From NCBI RefSeq assembly GCF_009914755.1, contig NC_060925.1: a DNA stretch of 64,000 bases. One strand, written 5' to 3'. Below, piece after piece: positions 1-18,677 of this stretch; position 1 is the first letter of the stretch, and each line of letters opens with the position of its first letter. The translations under genes and the position numbers were made by a program. The DNA is from the human T2T-CHM13v2.0 reference genome, Homo sapiens. The notes below the pieces were generated by a model. The model did no database searches and was not told the origin of the DNA. It saw nothing but the letters and a program-made list of their open reading frames with translations.

Positions 1-1167
<1,167 letters not shown>

Positions 1168-1488
1168 AACAGAAGCCGGGAGCCTGGCAAGGAGGCTTCT
1201 TGGAAAGAGGAAGGTGGTTTGGGCCCAGGTGGGTCCATGGGAGTGGCGAGAGGTGTTCAGCTGGGAATGTGCTTGGCAGAAGGAGTTGCCAGGGCTAACT
1301 GAGGGACTAGAGGCGGGTGTGCGGAAAAGAAAGGAGTCAGACCGACTCCTGCCACTGCGAGGCTGCGAGGCTGTGGGGCTCTGGCCTGGACCAGTTGGAG
1401 GCCTGTGGGCTGGGCAGTGAGTCCTGGAGGCAGAGCACCTGGTGCCCTGCAGATACTCGGAGCAGGGATGGGGACCAGGAGGATGTGA

Positions 1489-1938
<450 letters not shown>

Positions 1939-2252
1939 TGAGAATCACTTGAACCCAGGAGGTAGAGGTTGCAGTGAGCCAAGATCTTGCCACTGCACTC
2001 CAGTCTGGGCAACAGAGTGAGACTCCATCTCCAAAAAAAAAAAAGACAGAGCCAGGGTGACTTCCCTTGGGGGTCAGGGGCAGAGGGAGCTGGAATCACC
2101 TCTCCCACCCTCTTTCACCAGGCCAGGGCTGTCCTCCAGGTCACTAGCACCCCCCACCCTGTCCACAGCCCTCTCCAGCAACAACCCAGAGGCCCAAGGG
2201 GGAGGAAGTGCCCGGGTCACTGGAGGCCCAAGGCCCGCAGGGGGATGGGTGA

Positions 2253-2372
<120 letters not shown>

Positions 2373-2699
2373 CCTGCCTCAGGGAGGATCTGGAGTCTGT
2401 CTCAAGCCCACTAGCCTGATCTCCGAGGCCTTGACCCCAGGGCGATGCCTGGAGGCAGAGTGGCAGAGCTGGCCTCCTGCCCAGAGCTCAGCACAGGCCC
2501 TGGGAGCCCCGAGAAGGGAAGGCAGGATTTGGGGATGGGAGCCTCTGGAGAGGGGACACCTGGGGACCCCTGGTTGAACCCTCTTTTTCTTGGGGTGGGC
2601 AATGATGCAGCCTCTCAGACCTGCCTTCCTGGGCAGGGGTGGGGGTGCATCCTCAGGAGGGCTCCCCCTTTACTGGTCTCCCTTCCCTTCTCCATGAAC

Positions 2700-2705
2700 A
2701 ATAAA
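2700..2705 (+). terminator. TMEM82: TMEM82 polyadenylation signal AATAAA
   Basis: AATAAA ~330 nt after the stop codon, followed by T/GT-rich sequence. Confidence 0.8.
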
Positions 2706-2749
2706 GACGATGTCTTTCTCAACCTGTGCTTAGAATCACGAACACACAG

Positions 2750-3055
2750 AGGCCAGGCGTGGTGGCTCACGCCTGTAATCCCAATACGTTCGGAGGCTAA
2801 GGTGGGCAGATCACCTAAGGTCAGGAGTTCAAGACCAGCCTGGCCAAGATGGCGAAACCCTGTCTCTACTAAAAATACAAAAATTAGCTGGGCATGGTGG
2901 TGGGTGCCTGTAATCCTAGCTACTGAGGAGGCTGAGGCAGGAGAACTGCTTGAACCTGGGAGGCGGAGGTTGCAGTGAGCCGAGATTCGTGCCACTGCAC
3001 TCCAGCCTGGGTGACAGAGCAAGACTCTGTCTCAGAAACAAAACAACAACAACAA
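2750..3055 (+). mobile_element. Full-length Alu (S-type)
   Basis: GGCCAGGCGTGG head, middle A-linker, CAA-rich tail. Confidence 0.9.
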
Positions 3056-4169
3056 AGAATAATCACAAACACAGAGAGCAGGAAAGAGGCTTTTCTGAGG
3101 CCACACAGCTCTTCTGGCAGGTCCTGGGATATGTGCCTCAGGCTGGCCTGGGCTGGGTCCCCTGGGGGACGTGGCTCCTTGCAGACTGAGCAAAACCATT
3201 CTGGGTAGAGAACTGGGTAGAGTGGTGGGGGGGCATGTAGTACCGTAGTACCGAGGTGGCTGATGAGGTGAGGGGACGGGGGGGATGGACACTTGGTCTG
3301 GCACCCACCTGCAGTCTTGGGTGGATAGTGGCCATGTCCTGTCCCATCCCAGGCTGGGAAACAGCTGAAGGACGCACAATGCTGACCAGGCCTCTGCTGG
3401 GTGCTCTGTGGTCCCCAGCCCCAACCCTGACTTCTTGAAGGCTATGAGCATCCCTCCCATCTCAGCCCGTTCAGGGCCCAGCTCAGGAAGGCCAAAGGGT
3501 TGGGTACCAGCTCCTCTGCCTACCCTCTGTGTGACCTTAGACAAGCCACTGCCCCTCTCTGAACCTGGCAGAAGAATTACCACTGCATGCTGGGTGTCTG
3601 CCATGTGCTGGGTACTTTCACCGTTTCATTTCATTTTGACATCAGCGCCAAGAGGCAGGCACTGTTATCCCTTTTTACAGAGTCAGAAACTGAGGCTCAG
3701 AGAAGTTAAGTGACTTGCTCAAGGGCGCACAGGCATTAAGTAGCAAACCTGGGATTTGAATCCAGGTGGCCTGGCCCCCACAGCTCAAGTGCTTTGAATG
3801 CTCCCTGCTACCCTCTTCTTGTTGAAAAGCTGGGGCCAGGGAAACTAACAGAGATGAGAAATATGGCACGTCCATTACCGACAGGCTCTGGAATGTGGTT
3901 CCAGCCACCTCGGTGCAAAGGAGCCCAGCTCCAGCCCCCAGGGCCCTTTGGTTCCATGGGGATCCAGGGCTGCAACTCAGGGCCCTTTCCTAGCGGAAGC
4001 CCCACGGGGCAAAGGAGCCTCCCGGCCAGTGGTCTTTCTGGAGGGGGTTTGAGAGGCATGGGGGTGGCCAGGAAGGAGGCATTAGGGAGGAGGGGAGGCC
4101 TGGAGAGGGCACCTTGAGGATTCCAGGCTCTGATGGGTCCCTCCCTCTCGGCAAAGGCACCACACTCAC

Positions 4170-4640
4170 CCGAAGACTGCTGCTTGGGAGCAGGCAGGGG
4201 TGACTCAAGGATCCTTCTCGCTCTACGCTCAGCACACCTGGGATACAGAGCAGGCTGCACCCAAGGCAGGGCCGGGTGGTTTCAGCTCATTCCCCGAAGA
4301 ATGGCCACCCCTTGGACAGCTCCAGCAGCACCCTTTGAACCGTGCTCCTAGCCCTACCACCAGGACAGGCCTCTCATCCCAGGGCGTGGTCGCTGGGGTT
4401 GGGAAAATGCCTACGGAATCCCCTCCCCCAATGCAGGACCCAGTCCATGCCGCCTGGGAATGTGCTCTGTTCCCTCCGGGCAGGAAATGTGCCCCAGTCT
4501 GGGAGGAAATGGCTCAGTTAGGTGGGCACAGGGCCAGCCCCTTGCCGGACCCAGACTGGGCTCTGGGTTCCAAGCGGGGGCCAGTGTTTTTGCTGGAATG
4601 TGCTTTAGCCTCTGGATCCCTGGCACAGCCTGGGCCCCAT
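4170..4640 (-). ncRNA. Possible first exon of an antisense lncRNA running back over TMEM82 (I recall SLC25A34-AS1 in this area)
   Basis: Strong minus-strand donor CGG|GTGAGT at 4170/4169 in repeat-poor sequence; the 5' boundary is a guess and the identity is from recollection only. Confidence 0.25.
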
Positions 4641-5288
4641 TAGGGACAGGGCCAGGAGGGGACTGGACTCAGCAGTCCTTTCCTTTTTATGGGCACAGGG
4701 ATTGTTTTCCAAACAAAAATCAGGACACGTGGGCTGGAATAGCATTCTTTTCTTATCGAAATATTTTCATGAAAAGACTGACAAGGGCATAAAATGAGCT
4801 CACTCTAAATGAGGCATTTAGCAAATCTCCACACCAAATGGAGAAAATAGGCCTGAAGTCCAGCAGGCATAGGACAATCCAAATTGTATGGTCTGGGCAA
4901 AGCATGAGGCTGGGACCAGTTCCCCAAGGGGACCCGAAGAGCCTGACCCTTGGGGCCTGACCACCAGGACCAAGGTTCTAGGGTCAGGGCAACATCGTGC
5001 TGAAGAGGTGGGGGACCAGCGTCCCCAGGCCCTGCGTAAAGTGGGTAGTGACCCCTGGGGCAGCTGGGATTGGGGTTAGCTGGCCTCCCCATCCTGAGCC
5101 CCCTACTTCTGGCTTTTCTGAGCTCTGGCATTTTCTTTCTGAGGACTTGCATTTCTTCACCCATTCATTCATTCAGTGTCATCACTGAGTACCTGCGTGG
5201 ATCCAGGCATCAGGCTGGCACTGGGGACACTGAGAGGAGTAAGGGAGGTTCCCTTCCACAAAATGCTGCAAAGAAAAGTAAAGCCGGA

Positions 5289-5590
<302 letters not shown>

Positions 5591-5647
5591 AAAGAAAAGT
5601 AAAGCCGGGTCAGGGGACAGAGTGACGGGGGCAGAAGTGAGAGAAGG

Positions 5648-6090
5648 TGTATTTGTTATCTACAGCTGCGTCACAAATTACCCCCCAAACTTGAAGAGTT
5701 TAAAACAACAGACACTGATCGTCTTGCTCTTTCTGTGGGTCAGGGATCTGGGTGCTGCTGAGCCGGGTCCTGTGTCTCAGGGCTACTGCCAAGGGTCAGC
5801 GAGGCTGTGGTGTCGTCGTAAGGCCCAGGGCCTCCCTTCTTCCTTGCCACGTCGGGCTCCTGCAAGGCACCCCTACAATGCGGCCGTTGGCTTTCCTCAG
5901 AGCCCACCAGGGAGAGGGGTGGAGGACAAGCAAGCCCACGCTTTGTGACTCAGTGCTGAAAGTGACATCCTATTGTTTTGGCCACAATCTATCATTGAGG
6001 AGAGGTCCCCAGGTCCCACCCACCCGAGGGGAGGGCATGGAGGCCAGGAGGTGGGGATCCTGGGGGCATCTCAGAAGCTGCCGTCCACGG
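5648..6090. mobile_element. MLT1-type MaLR LTR remnant
   Basis: gttatcta...acaaattacccc.aaactt...taaaacaaca pattern typical of MLT1 ends. Confidence 0.5.
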
Positions 6091-6247
6091 AGGGCTCCTG
6101 CGAGGAGGGGGCATTGGAGCAGACACCTGAACAGAGTGAGGGGGCAACCAAGCAAACAGCGGAGGGAAGAACTTCCCAGGCCAAGAAGACGGCTCAACAA
6201 GGGCCTTGCGGCAGGAACAGGCCAGGGCATTTAGGAAGGTGGTAGAG

Positions 6248-6605
6248 CAGGGCACAGTGGCACACGCCTGTAATCCCAGCACTTTGGGAGGATAAGGTGG
6301 GTGGATCACGAGGTCAGGAATTCAAGACCAGCCTGGCCAAGATGGTGAAACCCCGTCTCTACTAAAGATACAAAAATGAGCCAGGCGTGGTGGCGAGTGC
6401 CCGTAATCCCAGCTACTCTGGAGGCTGAGGCAGTGAATTGCTTGAACCCAGGAGGCTGAGGCAGAGAATTGCTTGAACCCAGGAGGCTGAGGCAGAGAAT
6501 TGCTTGAATACAGGAGGCGGAGGTTGCAGTGAGCCCAGATCACACCACTGCACTCCAGCCTGGGTGACAGAGCCAGACTCTGTCTCAGAAAAAAAAAAAA
6601 AAAAA
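6248..6605 (+). mobile_element. Alu with an internal 31-bp triplication
   Basis: TSD AGGAAGGTGGTAGAG at 6233-6247 and 6606-6620. Confidence 0.9.
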
Positions 6606-7069
6606 AGGAAGGTGGTAGAGAGGGTGGAGCGGCTGGGCCTGGAGCCCCGGGCGAGGCTATGGACTGCGTTGCCCTGAGGGGAGCCAGCGGAGGGTTTTGC
6701 ACAAGGACATGACGGAAGCTGACGTACACCTTGAGAGGAGTCCTCTCGTGGCTGTTTTCAGAATAGTTTGGAAGCATTTGGAATAACCCAGGTGAGAAGA
6801 CAGGCGTTCCCAGGCCAAGGGGGTGGTATTGAAGCCCAGGTGGGTTTCAAGGCTCTGGAGTGGACTGAGGGACTGAGGCAGGGTCAGCGCCGCTGCAGCA
6901 GAGGGGTGAGGGGTGCAGTGGTGGGAGATGCTGTCTCGGGGGTGGGTTGGGGCAGGATCACACAGGGCCAGGGTGAGGGGCTTGGCATTGTCCCAGAGAG
7001 CAGCGGGGAGCCACAGAGGGCTGTGCACAGAAGGGCGTTAGATGCTGCTTTAGTGAGGTGTTCTGGCTA

Positions 7070-8350
<1,281 letters not shown>

Positions 8351-8837
8351 GGGCAATGGCAGGTTCCAGGCCACATTGTGCTTTAGTAAGGAGGAGGCTC
8401 AGGGCTTGAGGGTGCGGAGATAGATCAGCAAGGGCAGATGCTGGGATAGATGCTGCTGGGAGTAGAGGGTCCCAGTGGGATGGGGGCTCAAGGAGGGGGC
8501 TGGGATCAGTGAGGGTTTGGGGCTAGCTCAAGGACCCTCCCAAATAAGGGGCAGAAGGGCCCTGACTAGCAAGGCCTAGGGCGAGGAGGGGCCCCCTCAG
8601 TCTGCTGAGCCTCAGGCCCCTCCTTGGCCTCTCCCACACTTCTCACCCCCTCACCCTGGAGCCTGTGCTGATTCGCTGAGTGGACGGTCTGGCCGTGGGA
8701 ACCAGCACGCCTGGTCAGAGCCAGTTCAGGCCCCTAAACCAGAGCGGGATTAACGCGGAGACAATATTGTCACAGCCAGGTCTTGGGAAGCTGGGCTTTG
8801 CCTGGGTGAGGCAGTGGGACACAGGATTGGAGCCTGA

Positions 8838-9945
<1,108 letters not shown>

Positions 9946-11349
9946 TTATCTTTCTTTCCTATCTCTTTGCTCTGCTGTCCTCTGTGGTGGTCCAAGTGGG
10001 GGGCAAAAGTGGTGTCAAGCTTGTATTCTGCCAGCCAACAAGCCCAGAGAGCTGATCTTAGAACTAACAGCCACTATGATTGGCTGGACATGGGTCATGT
10101 ATACACCAGGCACTGAGAGTGGAAGAGAGGTTCCCCAAACAGAAACTGAGTGCTGTTATCAGAATCAGGGAAAGTAGTGCTGGCTATCAGGAGCCATGGA
10201 TGTTCCTTGGATTCTCTTGCAGGACAAAGTCACGTCCTTCCCTTCCCTTCAGAACTTTGTCCCTCTTACTAAAACTTCTATCCTTCATGTGGTAGGGAGA
10301 GCAAAGGAACTCATCTCTGAACACCTACTGAGCATCAGGTATTTTTACCCACATTTACCCCACCAGATTCTTGCTATGAAGCCACAAGGGACAAACCTGG
10401 GTTGGCAACCCCTCGGTTGCAAGAGGAAACTGAGGCCCAGAGAGAAGTGATTTGCCCAAGGCTGGCAAGTGGCAGAGCTGGAATCACTCCCAGATACTGA
10501 TGTTACTCACAGCTGTATCTGTGTCCCCATCTGACCCGGCCACCATGGGGGAGCTCCCTTTTCTCTATGCTGCTCCTCTCCCCGCCCTGCCTAGCACAGG
10601 GCCCCACACACAGCAGCGCCCAGGAAATAAGCATTGGACTGACCTGACTCCAAGCAGGTAGGGTGGAAGATGGAGGATGGAGGAAGGAGCTGGGAGGCCC
10701 AAGGGGCTTCTGAGGCTGTCTGCCAAGCTGACCTCTGACCTTTAAAGCCCATGTTTTCCCTTCTGCCCCCTTTCCCTGGGAATATTCGTCCCTATTCTCA
10801 CACTGGCTCCTCCCCATCTCAGCTTAACCCTCACCTCCTCAGAGAGGATTTCCCCCCACACCCCACACCCCACACCCACCCCACCCCCTTTTGTCTCAGA
10901 CCCCTTGTCCATTCCTTCATAGCACCTTTTACTATTGGTTATTGTTATGTTAATTTGCTTTATGGTTTGCTCTACCCAATCTCCCTGTAAGGACTGTGGG
11001 GACAAGGACTGATCATGTCTGATTTGATCCCGTCGGCTCCTTGACTCATGCATTGCACACAGTAGGTGCCCGGTCAGTGTCTGCTCAGTCAAAGCTCTCC
11101 ACTGTGGAGGTGCCACCCCCGCCCCGGCAAGCAGACTTGCCCTCAAACCTCTCTTCCACCCCTTCCCTGCCACTCAGGGTCTCAGCTGCCACCATCCTAA
11201 TAGAAGATTGAGCCCCTTGCCTGCTGGAGCCATCTAAGGGAGAAGAAAGCCGTTGTGAGCCTGGCAGGGAGGGCGGAGGGCAGCAGAGCCTCTGAGCTGG
11301 CAGACAAAGGGCGTGTGTTCTCATCCAGCGCACTTCCTGGGTTTCCGTT

Positions 11350-11472
11350 GCAGGAAGTTTGGCACCTGCCGATCGGTGACATCGACACCCGAGCTGCTGC
11401 GGGCCAGGACGAATCCCTCCATCCGGGAGCAGTGGTGGCGGTGGAACAGGTGGCCTGGGGTGCTGGAGGCAG
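11350..11472 (+). other. FBLIM1: Possible upstream alternative first exon of FBLIM1
   Basis: CAG|GTAAGC donor at 11472/11473; locally CpG-rich; ETS-type motifs CACTTCCTG (11331-11339) and CAGGAAGT (11351-11358); start is approximate. Confidence 0.4.
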
Positions 11473-12421
11473 GTAAGCAGAGGCAGTTGAACCCCTCATT
11501 CCCCTTGGACTGTCCCAGAGCAAATGTGGGAAGCCTGGGTCCTAGACTAAGTCAGTGTGACCTTGAACAAGGCCCCAAATCAACTCTTCGTTGCCTCACT
11601 ATCCCACCTGGGGGTGCAACAGGTGGTTCAGGGGCTGTCATGGAGGTGAGGGCAGGCAGCTCCACTTTTATCTCTTAAATAAACTTCTGGGTCACTAAGC
11701 ATTTGCAAAGGGGTTCTACAGCCAAAAGCGCCTGAAAACCCCCAGATCGCACCTTCCTCCTTTGAGTCCTTCCCGTCTCTGTCGTTCAGAGGGTATGGGG
11801 AAGTCTCCTCCAAAGGGTGCTGCAAAGCTGGAGTTTTGGGGGGCAGGGGCAGGATATCACTGCCAAGCCAGGAATGAGCCGAGCAGGGACTCAGACAGCC
11901 TTGAGTCCCAGCCTCGCCCTGCTGCACAGAACTCTCAGCACCTCCAAGCCCCAGCTTCCGATTCTGTAAAGGATGGCACTGGTACCTGTTCTTGAGACTA
12001 GCAGAGCTGTGTGCCCAGGGACACAGCGGCTCTGGTTTGAATTTGGCTCTGCCATTTGCCCCTAGTGTGGCCTTGAGCCTCTCGGGGCCTCAGTGTCCTT
12101 GACCGTGAACAGGAATCATCAGCCCTGGTGCTCATGGCTCTTGTGGGATTAGGATGGGGATGAGGATGGGTACCAGCACCTAGAAAGCCCCTATCAATGG
12201 CAGCTCCTGGGACTGCTGCTGTTACTGCAGCTTGGCTGAGAGGATCAAATGGGAAAAGGGGCGACAAGAGGGATGGGAGGGGCGATGATCAGTGGGTGAG
12301 GGCGGAGGCAGCCTCCTCTGACCCTCATAAACCAGCCTCCCTCAGAAACAGCCCCAGAGCCACCCTGGAGGGGTGACTGTAGCTGAGGGGTTGCAGGACG
12401 GGCCAGATCCTGTCTGGCCAC

Positions 12422-12435
12422 CCCGCAGATGGCGC
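12422..12435 (+). promoter_or_regulatory. CTCF-like motif CCCGCAGATGGCGC
   Basis: One mismatch from the core consensus. Confidence 0.4.
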
Positions 12436-13438
12436 TGGGTCCAGCGCTCCTCAAGCCTCAGCCACTGTGGCTTTAATCAAAAGAACAATCTGTCTGCCTC
12501 TGAATCAGACCCAGATTCCTTTCCCCACAATGTCCCTGAGGCCTCCAGGGACCCAGGCAGTCCATCCCGGCCCCATCCCGGGCCCCAGAGTCCAGGCTCT
12601 GCCTCCCCTCCCGCTCCCGTCCTAATTGCTCCAGCTGGGAGGGGGAGGGTCACTGGATGTGGAGGGAGGGGTTCAGCCACAGGGCCAGCCGGGCCCTGCC
12701 TTCCAGAGCTCCTGGAGCGGCCTGTCCCCCGGGACACCGGGACCCACCTGCAGAGGGCTTACCGCTCAGGAGAGCAGAACAAGGTGACCTGCTCCACTGG
12801 GGGTCTCCGAGACCCCCACCCTCAGGAACACTCCCGGAAAAAGCCCCCAACCCAGCATATATTAACCACTATTAATCACAGTCCTGGCTGTAACTGTCAC
12901 CTTTTATCCTCAGGCCAACCTGGAGAGGTAGGCAGTGGCTACCTCCACTTTACAGATGAAGACACTGAGGCTCAGGAGGTGGCGTGACTGCTCCGGGTCT
13001 CACGCTTAGTAAACGGCCGCAGAACCCTGGTCGGTTTGACGCAAGACCCTGGCGGATCCCAGAGCCAAAGTAAGCGCTCACCTCCGCCGGACAGGGTAGG
13101 TGGGGTTGCCAACCCAGGAGAGCGAGGGAAGGGGGACGGCAGGGACCACTCGGGGTCCATGAAGAACGCGAGGGGATGGGCAGCGGGGAGGGAAGGAAAC
13201 CCACCCCGACTCCCCATTCTCCTACCCCCACTCCCCATCCCTCCCATTCCCCCATCGCCCCCATCCCCATTCCCCCCCATTCCCACCCCCTGGCCTGTGC
13301 CAAGGGGGAGGGGAGGCGTCGTCCAGGGAACAAAGGGAGGGGGAAGGGGCGGCGCGGGGCGCGGCCGGGCAGGTTGGGGGGCAGGTAGGGGCCGCTTCCG
13401 CGGGGCGGGAATCCCGCGCCCCCTCCCCCCGAGCCTCA

Positions 13439-13448
13439 CCTTTTATGG
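13439..13448 (+). promoter_or_regulatory. Perfect CArG box CCTTTTATGG (SRF site)
   Basis: Exact CC(A/T)6GG match as the only AT-rich patch in the GC-rich promoter core, ~90 bp upstream of exon 1. Confidence 0.8.
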
Positions 13449-13529
13449 TAAAGCGGCGCGGGGCGGCGGGGCGGAGGGAGCCGAGGGGGCGGGGAGGGCG
13501 GACGGGCGGAGGGGACGGGAGGCCCAGCG

Positions 13530-13588
13530 GCTCCGGGCTCCGCTGGCTCGGGCGTCGGATCGGAGCCGCCGGGGCGCGGGCGGCCCAG
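13530..13588 (+). other. FBLIM1: FBLIM1 exon 1 (5'UTR)
   Basis: CAG|GTAAGC donor at 13588/13589 inside the CpG island; TSS approximate. Confidence 0.75.
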
Positions 13589-14578
13589 GTAAGCGGGCCG
13601 GGTGGGTGGGGGTCGCGTCCCTCCGTCCCTGTCCCCGGTGCACACAGGTGACAGCGCCGGCAGTGCTCGGCCGGAGCCTGCTCGGTCGCCAGCCGGGACC
13701 CCCGGCGCGGCGCCCCTGGAGGGGCCTGCGGGTGGGGGGTGCGGTCCTCACGCCCTTTGCGTCCCAGTCTCTTGGTCTCTCTCCCCGGAGTCGGGGAGTC
13801 GGCAGGTCCGGGGCGAGGGCTCAGTGAGGCCGGCGGAGGGCCGAGTCCCAGCCCGGGAGCGGGAGCCGGGGACCCGGCGCGCAGGGCGGAAGCTCCCGCA
13901 CAAAAGGCCGGAGTCCCGCACATGGATCGAATTAAAGCTCCGGCGGCGCCCAGCGGTGACCCCGGCGGCCGCCCTGCTCGGCTGCCTGCGGAGGGTCCCG
14001 CGTTTCCGGAGCCCGGGGGCGCTCCAGGCCCCTTTTCCTAGCCAGGGTCAGGCAAGGGGAGGGACGGGTCCCGGGGCTGCTCCTCTCTGGGCCTCACGCG
14101 CCCGTCGGGGGCTGAGAAGGTGTGGAGATGGGCGATACCCAGGTGTGTGCCCTGGGATGATCTTGGCGTCGGCCCCTACCCCTCACCTCCCACCCAAGCC
14201 TGAGGACCCCGGGGAGAGGCTGGGGCCGCGCCCAGATTCCTGCTCTTAATGACGCTGTAGGTTCTGTCCGGGTCCTGGAGGCACCCCCAGCCGAGCCCAG
14301 CCCCCGGGCTGCTTCTCCCTCTCAGCTGCTGCCTAACCAGCTGTCCTTCTCTTTGCACCTTCCAAGGGCCTAGACCCTGAGTCTTCTTTCCTTATATATC
14401 CTCTCAGCCGCCCTAGGGACACACTCATTCTCACTTTATGAAAAAACGAGGCCAGAGAGTTTCTGTGACCTATTCGGGGTCACCCCGCAGGAAAGAAGTG
14501 GGGCCGCGTGTGAACCCAGCTCTCTACCTCCTCTGTTTCCCTGGGGTGGGAAAGAGGTTGAGGGAACCCCTCCCCTAA

Positions 14579-15291
<713 letters not shown>

Positions 15292-16785
15292 GAACAGAGC
15301 TTAGAGGTGGCCCCAGAGGTTTTTTTGTTTTTTTTTTTCTTTGTAGGGAACAAGGAGTAGGAAGGAGGACTGTGGGGGTGACCCCCCCTGAGCTGCACAT
15401 TCTCTGCCCCAAGGCTGCAGCCTCTAGCTGGTCTGGGTGGCTGGCTGGATCCCTGCCTCCTTCCTTCCTTTGGACAGGAAATGACTTTCCTTCCCTTTGT
15501 TCCCACTTTTCTCCACTTATCTAACTGGATCTGTGATTCGCTCTCTGGGGGAGGAAGAGTGGGGGCGGAGGGTCCCCTGGGCACAGCTGACTGGGAGATG
15601 GCCCCAGGGAACTTACACACAGCCTGCTCCCAGCTGAATCGGTGGCAGTGGGACGGGAGGGAAGCCGGGGCTCCCTCTCCCGATGGGATTGACAGGGCTT
15701 TGAAACTCCCCAGCTTAGACCCCCTGGGGCCTGAGGTCCCTGCAGTCACTGCTTGGGAGGTATAGGGGCTGCCCAGCTGTGAACATCTGGCCTCAGTGCT
15801 GGACATTTTCCGAGAAGCCAGGCAGATCCGACTTCCCGGAGGAGTGTAGGAAGGGTCAGGGCTGGGTGGGAGGAGGCAGAGGGCCATCCCGAAGCCCCAC
15901 AGCAGCCCCTGGGGACCAGCCCGGAACATGCCGACCACAAGATTTCTGGTCTGGATTGGGCCATTGTAGAGTGAGAACAGGCCTGGGAACTTGGGCGACT
16001 TTGTGCCACCCAAGGAAGGAAAAGCGTGTCTGGGGACACACTTTTGGATGATGTTCCATTAGAATTCCGAGTGCCATGGATGGCCTGGGAAAGTCACTTA
16101 ACCTCTTGGAACCTCACAGGGTCCATCTGCAAAGTGGGGGCAGGATGGGCATTTCTTGCAGCTAGATTGAGAGGCTGGTGGGTTTTGAGGCACATATAGT
16201 ACCTGGCACAGGGCCTGGCACGAAACAAGTGCCTTATCAGCAAGTCGTTTGGTATTTCTTTAAATCTCACATGTACTCTGAACATTGTTGACAAAAATAG
16301 ATTCTTAAACTTATAACAAAGTGTAAAACTAAAGCCCGTGACAGCCAGCCTAAGCATACGTACTTCCAGACATCATTTCCAAACCCAGAAGCAAAAGACA
16401 AGTACTTTAAAATAAGTTTTGAAGCTCTTTCCTAATATATTGGTTTCTTCCTCAGAATAGATATTTTATTGTCAGACTGAGCTATGTATTTTAGCCAAAC
16501 AACTTAAGGGAATTTAGGAGCACGTGTTATTGTTTTTATTATCATCCATCAGTCGCTGTGAACCCAAAGTGGCCAGTGCACTTTGAGATAAGGAGGGAAG
16601 CCTGAAGAGCGAGATAGAAAAGGGGACATTTTTAGCCCTGGGCACAGGCATTGGGTGCCTGCTGAGGACTGATGTGCTCACTGGACTCCCAGCTTTCCCA
16701 CCCATGGCCCCACCTCAGCCTTGGCCACAGGGACTACTGTCAGCAGGAACTACCTGAGAGATGGGAAATAATGTCCTTTTCCTGA

Positions 16786-18677
<1,892 letters not shown>

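Larger units (their letters stand above)
12980..14250. promoter_or_regulatory. FBLIM1: CpG island / FBLIM1 main promoter
   Basis: Very high GC and dense CpG, several GGGGCGG GC boxes, surrounds a first exon with a strong donor. Confidence 0.9.

Noticed and set aside
12175-12236. Additional in-frame minus-strand exon for the antisense ORF (QAAVTAAVPGAAIDRGFL)
   Set aside because: Good acceptor but weak donors and MIR-like sequence; not needed for frame continuity
13036-14249. Long Pro/Gly/Arg-rich ORFs (263, 233 and 215 aa) on both strands
   Set aside because: Expected from stop-codon depletion in a CpG island; no recognisable domain
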